This document shows positions 9,721-16,377 of a stretch of 32,000 bases of DNA, in pieces. Each line of letters begins with the position of its first letter. Position 1 is the first letter of the stretch. This DNA is from Propionibacteriaceae bacterium (GTDB lineage Bacteria; Actinomycetota; Actinomycetes; Propionibacteriales; Propionibacteriaceae). A program made the position numbers and the translations under genes. Location of the stretch: NCBI GenBank assembly GCA_031256725.1, contig JAIRQE010000012.1, positions 5,310 to 37,309 on the forward strand, in the 5' to 3' direction. The notes under the pieces were generated by a model. That model ran no database searches, had not been told where the DNA came from, and saw nothing but the letters and a program-made list of their open reading frames with translations.

Positions 9721-10857
9721 CTAGCGTAGGAAGGACCGGCCAATGACCAGGCGTTGAATCTCAGAGGTACCTTCGTAGATCTCGGTGATCTTCGCATCGC
9801 GATAGGCGCGCTCTACGGGGTAGGCCTCGGTATAACCATTGCCACCATGGATTTGAATGGCTTTACCAGCGACTGCCGAAGCCATCTCGCCACAGAACAA
9901 CTTGGCCTGAGCAGCCGCGATACCATGGGGGATGCCACGGTCTTCAAGGTCGGCAGCCTGATAGACCAAGAGACGGCCAGCATCAATGGAGGTTGCCATA
10001 TCAGCGATCATCCACTGGATAGCTTGTAGTGCTGCGAGAGGTTTGCCGAACTGTACACGCTGTTGGGCGTAGTCAATGGCAGCTTCGAAGGCGCCTTGAG
10101 CGATACCGACAGCTTGGGCTGCAATGCCAGTACGTCCGCCATCAAGGGTGGCCATCGCAATTTCGAATCCCTGTCCTTCTCGACCGAGCAGATTGGTAGC
10201 AGGGATACGTACATCTGAGAACATCAGCGGGGGAGTACTTGATCCGCGAATACCGAGTTTGCGCTCACCTTCGCCGATGGTGAATCCGGGGGTATCTCGA
10301 TCAACTATGAAGGCGGAGATCCCCTTCGTTCCTGGAGCCTCCGTGCTGCGAGCAAACACGATGAATACCTCAGAATAGCCACCACCTGTAATGAAAACCT
10401 TCTGTCCGTTCAACACGAACTCGTCCCCATCTCGGCGAGCAGTTGTTGCCAGAGCACCAGCATCAGAACCAGCTCCAGGCTCGGTTAATCCGAAGGCACC
10501 CATCTTTACGCCAGAGGCGAGATCGGGGAGGTAACGTTGCTTGTGTTCCTCGGTACCGAAGTGAACGATCGGCCAGGTACATAGGGAGGAATGTGCCTCA
10601 ACCATGACCCCTGTTGTTGCACAACACCGGGACAGTTCCTCAATGACAACACAGTAACTGACGCTATCCATCTCAGTTCCGCCGTACTGTTCTGGAATCA
10701 ATATTCCCAGTAATCCGAGTTCTGCTAATTTGGGAATCGTCTCCAATGGAGGACGGTGGTCCCTGTCTATTTCTGCTGCGAGAGGGGCAACCTCTGCTTC
10801 AGAAAACTCCCGTACCGAAGAGCGAATCAGCTCTTGTTCATCTGTCAATCCGAACAT
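9721..10857 (-). CDS. bcd: Short-chain acyl-CoA dehydrogenase (butyryl-CoA dehydrogenase-like)
   Basis: Colinear with clostridial Bcd from MFGLTDEQELIR to ITEIYEGTSEIQRLVI. I place the start at ATG 10857 (SD AAGGGAG 8 nt upstream), not at the ORF-track GTG 10896. That GTG lies inside a palindromic operator-like site and a putative -10 region. Confidence 0.85.
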   Translation of the reverse strand: MFGLTDEQELIRSSVREFSEAEVAPLAAEIDRDHRPPLETIPKLAELGLLGILIPEQYGGTEMDSVSYCVVIEELSRCCATTGVMVEAHSSLCTWPIVHFGTEEHKQRYLPDLASGVKMGAFGLTEPGAGSDAGALATTARRDGDEFVLNGQKVFITGGGYSEVFIVFARSTEAPGTKGISAFIVDRDTPGFTIGEGERKLGIRGSSTPPLMFSDVRIPATNLLGREGQGFEIAMATLDGGRTGIAAQAVGIAQGAFEAAIDYAQQRVQFGKPLAALQAIQWMIADMATSIDAGRLLVYQAADLEDRGIPHGIAAAQAKLFCGEMASAVAGKAIQIHGGNGYTEAYPVERAYRDAKITEIYEGTSEIQRLVIGRSFLR

Positions 10858-10880
10858 CGGATTTGCTCCCTTCATTGAAT

Positions 10881-10896
10881 ATGACAACCTTGTCAC
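10881..10896. promoter_or_regulatory. Operator-like inverted repeat ATGAC-N6-GTCAC (site B) just upstream of bcd
   Basis: ATGACAACCTTGTCAC lies 24-39 nt upstream of ATG 10857 and immediately downstream of the putative -10. Confidence 0.45.
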
Positions 10897-10927
10897 TATC
10901 TAAGCGTTATGACTACCCTTCTGTCAA
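10897..10927 (-). promoter_or_regulatory. Putative bcd-operon promoter
   Basis: On the minus strand: TTGACA (10927-10922), then an 18-19 nt spacer, then TTAGAT/TAGATA (10903-10897). The -10 is weak. Confidence 0.3.
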
Positions 10928-10969
10928 TATATTCGACTAAAATGAGCGTATTTTGTGAAGATCACATTT

Positions 10970-10985
10970 ATGACACTGGCGTCAT
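10970..10985. promoter_or_regulatory. Operator-like inverted repeat ATGAC-N6-GTCAT (site A); extended arms ATTTATGAC/GTCATAAAT
   Basis: ATTTATGACACTGGCGTCATAAAT (10966-10989) lies in the hydrolase-bcd gap. It could alternatively be an AU-rich terminator hairpin for the upstream operon. Confidence 0.4.
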
Positions 10986-10994
10986 AAATGAGTT

Positions 10995-11813
10995 CTAATC
11001 GATGAGAATTTCCGAGGTGGGGGAGTTGATGAAACCAAGAACAGCTGAGGTGAATTCGACGGGTTTCTCGTACATGGCCGCATGTCCACAATCCTGAATG
11101 ATCAGATGGGCCGCACCCACGATACCCGCAACCAACTCACTTTGATTGGGTAAGGGGGTCACGAAATCCCATTGGGATGAAATAACCAGAGTTTGTGCGG
11201 CGATCCTGGCCAGGTTACCTCGCTCATCATGGGTTTCAGCGCTACGAGTTAAACGGGCAAACCCATCGTAGATTTCTGGCGTGAAGGCGCGAACAAAGAG
11301 TTCCTCACGATGAGCGGCCCATTCTTGGTGGGACTCATAGAAATCCGGGGAATAGACCACAGGGATACAGGTCTTGAAGAACTGATGCCCGTCGTGGGAG
11401 GCCATCGCGTACTCCCAGGAGTGTCCCATCTCGCGTAGCCATGCTGAGGTATATGCCGTGGTATTTGCAAGAACTAACTTGTTTACTCGCTGCGGATGAC
11501 GTCCAGCGACCCTTATGGCGATCTCGCCGCCATAAGAGATCCCGCAAATACTGGTCTTGTCCAGTTCCAGGTGATCAAGGAAGGCGAGAACAAGTCGTTC
11601 CTGGAGATCCTGGGTGTACTCGTAGTCAACTTTTGTTGACATGCCCTGATCAATCAGATCGACCATGAGGAGGCGATTATGGGATGAGAAAGCAGGAACG
11701 AAGGCTTGCCAGGATAGACATGACATGAAGATCCCATTAAGAATGAGCAGAGGTTCTCCTTGCCCATGATCTTCGTAGTAGATGATCATGGATTCGAATT
11801 CGAATGTTGCCAC
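10995..11813 (-). CDS. Alpha/beta-fold hydrolase (Ser-Asp-His type), substrate unknown
   Basis: 272 aa. Nucleophile elbow GISYGG, C-terminal DCGHAAMYEKP histidine context, and the N-terminal HG.GEPL pattern of the family. Confidence 0.75.
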   Translation of the reverse strand: MATFEFESMIIYYEDHGQGEPLLILNGIFMSCLSWQAFVPAFSSHNRLLMVDLIDQGMSTKVDYEYTQDLQERLVLAFLDHLELDKTSICGISYGGEIAIRVAGRHPQRVNKLVLANTTAYTSAWLREMGHSWEYAMASHDGHQFFKTCIPVVYSPDFYESHQEWAAHREELFVRAFTPEIYDGFARLTRSAETHDERGNLARIAAQTLVISSQWDFVTPLPNQSELVAGIVGAAHLIIQDCGHAAMYEKPVEFTSAVLGFINSPTSEILID

Positions 11814-11825
11814 AGCGATTCCTTT

Positions 11826-13139
11826 CTATGCGATGTACCCAAAGTTACGCGCCGCATCCAAGAGTCCGTCTCTGAATTGCGGATGGGCGATACTGGCGAG
11901 TAGGCGTACTCGCTCAGCCACAGTCGTACCACGAAGGTTCACGGCACCATACTCGGTGACAACCCAATCCACATCATTGCGTGACAGGGTCACAGCTGCA
12001 CCAGGGCGTAGTGTGGATACAATCTTGGAAATAGTATCAATCTCACCTGTTTCGTGATTCTTCTTTTCCACAGTGGAGTACAAGGCAATGATTGAGCGAC
12101 CATTCTTGGAGTTCTGAGCGCCAACAGCAGTATCGACCTGGCCGCCTGAGCCGGAGATCTGCATAGTACCGATACTCTCTGAGCAACACTGACCAGTGAG
12201 ATCCACTTCGATCGTAGTATTGATGGACACCTGATTATCATTGCGTGCAATGACATAGGGATCGTTGATGGTCTGTCCACGTCCAGTGAATAATGCTGGG
12301 TTTTCATCCATGAACTCATACATCTCAGATGAACCCAGGGCGAAGGCAAACACACTCAGCCCCACATCGACCTGTTTGCGAGCATTGGTGACCACGCCAG
12401 CCTTCATAAGATCCATGATGCCAGTTGTCATCATTTCTGTATGGATTCCCAGGTCTTTCTTCTCGTACAAGGATTGGCACACTGCATTCGGTATCCCACC
12501 GATGCCGACCTGAACGCAATCACCATCGTTCACCAAATCAGCAATGAGACGCCCGATCTGCAGATCCTTGTCAGAGGGTTCCTCTGAGGAGATTGTGGAG
12601 GGGATTGCTTCAGATTCAATCACATAATCAATGGAATCCCAGTCGAGATAATTCTGCCCAAAACAGTGGGGAACATTCGGGCTAATCTCTAGGATGCGGT
12701 ACCTCGCCTCGCTACCAATTCTTTCTTCATAGGTGTTTCCAAGTGCGAATCGCGTACGGCCATCAGTCTCAGGCATTGAGGCCAAGGAGATCATGATCTT
12801 TGACCGGCGATGGTAGTTACGCTTTGTACCAGCGAAATGCAAGTTATTCGGGATATAGGAAACCCGGCCAGTGCGTGCTAATTTGCGCATGATTGGAGCC
12901 GAGAACCATGACTCCATACGGAAAGCTCGCCCGAAGATCTCTGGATTGAGGTACTCGCCATCCACAAGGGGAAGGCAGTTAGAGATGGTCACATCACTGA
13001 CTCGATCAGCGATCTGGTGTAGAGATGATAAGAAGCTGGGGGGTTCATTGGCGCCGAGCCCTACAGTGATCAGGTCGCCATCCTCAACAAGATCGAGAGC
13101 CTGGTCAACGCTGATGAGTTTGGATCTGTAGTTAAACAT
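11826..13139 (-). CDS. Acetyl-CoA hydrolase/transferase family CoA-transferase (4-hydroxybutyrate / butyryl-CoA:acetate CoA-transferase-like)
   Basis: 437 aa. Motifs VQVGIGGIPNAV, GIHTEMMT and SGSGGQVD are characteristic of the family. Confidence 0.8.
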   Translation of the reverse strand: MFNYRSKLISVDQALDLVEDGDLITVGLGANEPPSFLSSLHQIADRVSDVTISNCLPLVDGEYLNPEIFGRAFRMESWFSAPIMRKLARTGRVSYIPNNLHFAGTKRNYHRRSKIMISLASMPETDGRTRFALGNTYEERIGSEARYRILEISPNVPHCFGQNYLDWDSIDYVIESEAIPSTISSEEPSDKDLQIGRLIADLVNDGDCVQVGIGGIPNAVCQSLYEKKDLGIHTEMMTTGIMDLMKAGVVTNARKQVDVGLSVFAFALGSSEMYEFMDENPALFTGRGQTINDPYVIARNDNQVSINTTIEVDLTGQCCSESIGTMQISGSGGQVDTAVGAQNSKNGRSIIALYSTVEKKNHETGEIDTISKIVSTLRPGAAVTLSRNDVDWVVTEYGAVNLRGTTVAERVRLLASIAHPQFRDGLLDAARNFGYIA

Positions 13140-13153
13140 GGTGGCCTGCTTTC

Positions 13154-14200
13154 TTAAGCGAGAGTGGTTGAGTTGGCTTTGCCCCAGCGCACGCAGGTCG
13201 AAGCCCAGACATATCCGATCCCGGCAGCGAGAAGATTGATGAGGGAGCCCTCGCGGATCTTCCCCGACTCGAGACCCAGATGAAGTGTGAGGATTTGATC
13301 GATCTGACCAATGTGCCCGTAGTCTTCGAGATAAGTGGTGTGATCCTCGGTGAGTCCGAGTTCGGCCAGCATAGCCAGATGCTGGGATCTTTTGAAGTGC
13401 AAGATTCCGAGATAATCAATGTCTTGCCTTGTCAGACCTCCTGATTTTCTGAGGGATTCGTCTATGCAGTGGTACCAATTCGGTAGGGAGGTCTCATTCA
13501 AGCGATCCTTCATAGCCACGGGATCCATTAAGCGCAATGACCTGTACCCCTCGTCAACTGTGGTGGATGTGAAAGGTGTAGTGATCCCACCAATTTCTAC
13601 TCCAGCACTCCAAGCCAGCGAACCATCGGCAACGATATGTGAGCCCAGGATAAGGTTTTCGTCAACTCCCTTACGAATAATCAGAGCACCACCACCAGCA
13701 CCAAGGTTGTACATCATGGACATATTCGTGTCGGTGTAGTCCACAAAGTCACCATTACGGTACCCGCCTGCAATAAGGATTGTGTCAATCTCATGATCGG
13801 CGATCAGCATATCTTTGGCCATCTTCATGGCTGTACATGTCGTACAGCACCTGTTCGCCACATCGATACCCCACGCATTGGTTGCACCAATCTGGTCTTG
13901 GGTATACAAGGCAGAGGTTGTGAGGGGATACTCTTTCCATTCCTCACCAATGCAGAGTATGACATCGATTTCTTTTGGATCAATGCCAGTGCGCTCTATG
14001 GCGTCTTGAGCTGCGCGAGCACCCATAACCTGTGTTCCATCGTCCTTGCCAGGGATGGGTTTAGAAATGATGCCTAGCTTGTCTATGACTGCTTCTTCAG
14101 CCCAAATGCCTCCTGTTGCATCAGAGATCTCTTTGGCGCTCATTCGTGGTTCGGGAAGGTATAGCCCGTACCCAAGTATGCCTACGTTCGGTGTGTTCAT
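13154..14200 (-). CDS. KAS III (FabH)-like thiolase-fold enzyme with atypical third catalytic residue
   Basis: 348 aa. FabH-like layout with Cys at 118/119 (DVANRCCTTC), His 268 (GILHFKR), and His 296 where FabH has Asn (YGHIGQ versus HGNTSAAS). SD GAAGAGG upstream of ATG 14200. Confidence 0.7.
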   Translation of the reverse strand: MNTPNVGILGYGLYLPEPRMSAKEISDATGGIWAEEAVIDKLGIISKPIPGKDDGTQVMGARAAQDAIERTGIDPKEIDVILCIGEEWKEYPLTTSALYTQDQIGATNAWGIDVANRCCTTCTAMKMAKDMLIADHEIDTILIAGGYRNGDFVDYTDTNMSMMYNLGAGGGALIIRKGVDENLILGSHIVADGSLAWSAGVEIGGITTPFTSTTVDEGYRSLRLMDPVAMKDRLNETSLPNWYHCIDESLRKSGGLTRQDIDYLGILHFKRSQHLAMLAELGLTEDHTTYLEDYGHIGQIDQILTLHLGLESGKIREGSLINLLAAGIGYVWASTCVRWGKANSTTLA

Positions 14201-14223
14201 GAATGCCTCTTCTATGAGAATCC

Positions 14224-14244
14224 ACTGTTTGTCTAGTAAACAGT
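14224..14244. promoter_or_regulatory. Inverted repeat ACTGTTT-N7-AAACAGT in the KAS III-like gene leader/promoter
   Basis: Perfect 7-bp arms, 24-44 nt upstream of ATG 14200. Confidence 0.3.
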
Positions 14245-14248
14245 CAAT

Positions 14249-14264
14249 ATGACGACTCTGTCAC
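14249..14264. promoter_or_regulatory. Operator-like inverted repeat ATGAC-N6-GTCAC (site C) upstream of the KAS III-like gene
   Basis: ATGACGACTCTGTCAC lies 49-64 nt upstream of ATG 14200. It overlaps candidate -35 hexamers on the minus strand (GTGACA or TTGACT). Confidence 0.45.
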
Positions 14265-14405
14265 TTTTGCGACTCCCTCATATTACGTTTAATCTCCGTA
14301 CTTGCGCAAGAGGGAGATTCGATAATGTGTAGTTCGCCGTGAAATCTGAGAATTCTCATGCAGTTGCTCGGATTTGGGTACTTTAGAATTCATAAAGATT
14401 CTCTC

Positions 14406-14434
14406 TTGACATGATGACATACCTGTCATATATT
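14406..14434 (+). promoter_or_regulatory. Sigma-70/SigA-type promoter of the liv-like operon
   Basis: TTGACA (14406-14411), 17-nt spacer, TATATT (14429-14434). SD GAAGGAGG and GTG 14465 lie downstream. Confidence 0.6.
14414..14429. promoter_or_regulatory. Operator-like inverted repeat ATGAC-N6-GTCAT (site D) filling the liv promoter spacer
   Basis: ATGACATACCTGTCAT lies between the -35 and -10 hexamers. Confidence 0.5.
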
Positions 14435-14464
14435 GAAGCCAGTCGAGAAGGAGGTCACGGCGCC

Positions 14465-15340
14465 GTGGACCTAATAATTCAACCGCTGTTACGCAGTCTA
14501 GAGACGGGAAGCGTCTACGCTTTGGCTGCGCTTGGCATCATCATCGTTATGCGTACCAGCTTGGTTATGCACTTCGCCCAAGGATCAATGGGTATGTTTG
14601 CTGGATCAGCGGTCGCCTTCACCTTCAACAGATATGGTGTACCCCTGTTGACCTCGATATTGGTGGGGGCCGCCGTAGCTATCTTCCTGGGTTTCTTTGT
14701 AGATTTCGCCATTATTCGTCGATTAAAACGGGCAACAGCCGTTGGTAAAGAAATCATCACCTTGGGATTGATCATGGTCTTCTTGGGTCTTGCACCCATA
14801 GTCTTTGGTACTGACCCCATGAACCTGCCAAGGATCATTCCTCGTGGTGATGTGGCTCTCGGATCAGCCTCCATTTCCTACAACGGAATCCTGAACATCG
14901 CCATCGGTGTCTTCATTGCTTTGGGGCTCTTCTTGATCCTGCAGAAGACAAAAGTCGGTTTGGCAGTACGCGCCACAGCATCCAATGAATCCACAGCAAA
15001 ACTCATGGGTATCCCAACCCGTAATGTGACGCTGATGGCATGGGCTGTAGCTGGTCTGCTGGGAATGTTGGCTGCTGTGATGATTGCGCCCACCACTATG
15101 GTGACACCCACCTATATGACAGCTGTCCAAGTATCAGCACTGTTTGCCTGTGTTCTGGGCGGATTCCAAACCTTCTACGGCCCAGTCATCGCTGCTTACA
15201 TCATTGCAACCTGCTCAAACTTCCTGAAGCTTTATGCGTCCTCAGCATGGGGCGACCAACTGATGTACCTGTTGATTTTGTTATTTCTGTTGTTCCGCCC
15301 GAATGGTCTATTCGGCAAGACCTACATGAAGAAGGTGTGA
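14465..15340 (+). CDS. livH: Branched-chain-amino-acid-type (HAAT family) ABC transporter permease, LivH-like
   Basis: Polytopic membrane protein. I place the start at in-frame GTG 14465 (SD GAAGGAGG at 14447-14454). The ORF-track ATG 14411 sits on the -35 hexamer of the promoter. The N-terminus then reads VDLIIQPLLRSLETGSVYALAALG, as in LivH. Confidence 0.8.
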   Translation: MDLIIQPLLRSLETGSVYALAALGIIIVMRTSLVMHFAQGSMGMFAGSAVAFTFNRYGVPLLTSILVGAAVAIFLGFFVDFAIIRRLKRATAVGKEIITLGLIMVFLGLAPIVFGTDPMNLPRIIPRGDVALGSASISYNGILNIAIGVFIALGLFLILQKTKVGLAVRATASNESTAKLMGIPTRNVTLMAWAVAGLLGMLAAVMIAPTTMVTPTYMTAVQVSALFACVLGGFQTFYGPVIAAYIIATCSNFLKLYASSAWGDQLMYLLILLFLLFRPNGLFGKTYMKKV

Positions 15341-15342
15341 TC

Positions 15343-16377
15343 GTGTCCAAGAACTCGCGAATCACTATGCTTAATCTAGGCTCGATTATGAAGAACTCCC
15401 ATGTTCATTACATCATCTTCGGTTTGGTCCTGTGCCTTTTCCCTATGATGACCTCAGCTGGAGGGATGAAGAACTCGACCCTGTCGACTCTTGCATTCGT
15501 ACTCATCTTCTCTATCGTGGCCCTCGGATTGAACCTATTGTTGGGTTACTCGGGCCTGATCTCTCTTGGTACTGCAGGATTCATGGGGCTTGGCTCCTAT
15601 ATCGCTGCCTATGTTCAAGACGATCTCGGACTAGGATTCTGGGTGGCCGTCCTGCTTGCTATTGCGATTCCCACGCTGATCGGTCTTCTCGTTGGCATCA
15701 TTTCGCTGCGAGTCTCGGGGATCTACCTGGCAATCGCCACCTTGTGTATCGCCGAAATCCTCGCAAAGACCTTTGAACAGGCCGAATGGTTCACGCACGG
15801 TACAGCGGGCAAGCAGTCAAAGTACCCGACGATCTTTGGTATGCCCATGGATAGGTCATCAATGTTTGTCGTATGCGCGATTGTCCTAGTACTAGTGATG
15901 ATGCTGACCTATAACATCGTCAATGGACAACTTGGTCGAGCCCTCCACGCTATGCGTTCCTCAGAGGTGGCAGCACAGGCTATGGGTGTTAATGTACTGA
16001 AGTACAAGCTGTTTGCATTCTCGGTTGCGACTCTTTATGCAGGGCTGGCTGGAGGGTTGTACCTCTTCTTCCTTCGCAGTTCCTATCCCTCAACCTGGAA
16101 CCTCTTCTTGAGCCTCAATCTGATCGCCATGGTGGTTGTAGGTGGGTTACGGTCAATCCTTGGGACGGTTGCGGGCGCCTTTGTGATCTTCGCCTTCCCC
16201 GAGCTTGTTCTCAAAAAGCTTCCTGTGATTGGCGATGCCTCAGGGCTTCCCTACGTCTTCTCGGGTGTGATGATCATCCTTGTCATCATGTTCTTCCCAC
16301 AAGGTCTTAAGGGCCTTGCCGACCTTGGGGTCACAACTATCAAGACAGTCTTCTCACGAAAGAAGGTGACCTCATGA
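15343..16377 (+). CDS. livM: HAAT-family ABC transporter permease, LivM-like
   Basis: Hydrophobic protein with LNLLLGYSGLISLGTAGFMGLGSY. The ORF-track start 15040 would overlap livH by 300 nt. GTG 15343 follows the livH stop by 2 nt and has AAGG about 7 nt upstream. The start is uncertain (ATG 15367 or 15388 are possible). Confidence 0.75.
   Translation: MSKNSRITMLNLGSIMKNSHVHYIIFGLVLCLFPMMTSAGGMKNSTLSTLAFVLIFSIVALGLNLLLGYSGLISLGTAGFMGLGSYIAAYVQDDLGLGFWVAVLLAIAIPTLIGLLVGIISLRVSGIYLAIATLCIAEILAKTFEQAEWFTHGTAGKQSKYPTIFGMPMDRSSMFVVCAIVLVLVMMLTYNIVNGQLGRALHAMRSSEVAAQAMGVNVLKYKLFAFSVATLYAGLAGGLYLFFLRSSYPSTWNLFLSLNLIAMVVVGGLRSILGTVAGAFVIFAFPELVLKKLPVIGDASGLPYVFSGVMIILVIMFFPQGLKGLADLGVTTIKTVFSRKKVTS

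Noticed and set aside
1244-10378. Numerous 60-165-aa antisense or out-of-frame ORFs nested in the metabolic genes (for example 1244-1714, 5518-6012, 8231-8560, 9230-9607, 10124-10378)
   Set aside because: They are fully embedded in CDSs with strong family-level support and have Pro/Arg/Ser-rich translations typical of wrong-frame reading of GC-rich genes. No independent signals support them.
10954-10966. TGTGA-aga-TCACA as a second CRP-type site
   Set aside because: The half-sites are right but the spacer is 3 nt rather than 6, which is incompatible with CRP-family dimer spacing. It is kept only as part of the hairpin/palindrome description.
14411-14464. ORF-track ATG 14411 as the livH start, and likewise GTG 10896 for bcd, GTG 19404 for maoC and ATG 26820 for the giant gene
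   Set aside because: Each of these start codons lies inside a promoter hexamer, an operator-like palindrome or a hairpin arm, and lacks an SD. Downstream in-frame starts have good SD sequences and give family-typical N-termini.
15040-15342. Long N-terminal extension of the LivM-like ORF (ORF-track start 15040)
   Set aside because: It would overlap the LivH-like CDS by 300 nt in another frame, and the extension is not LivM-like. GTG 15343 lies right after the livH stop with AAGG upstream and fits operon coupling.
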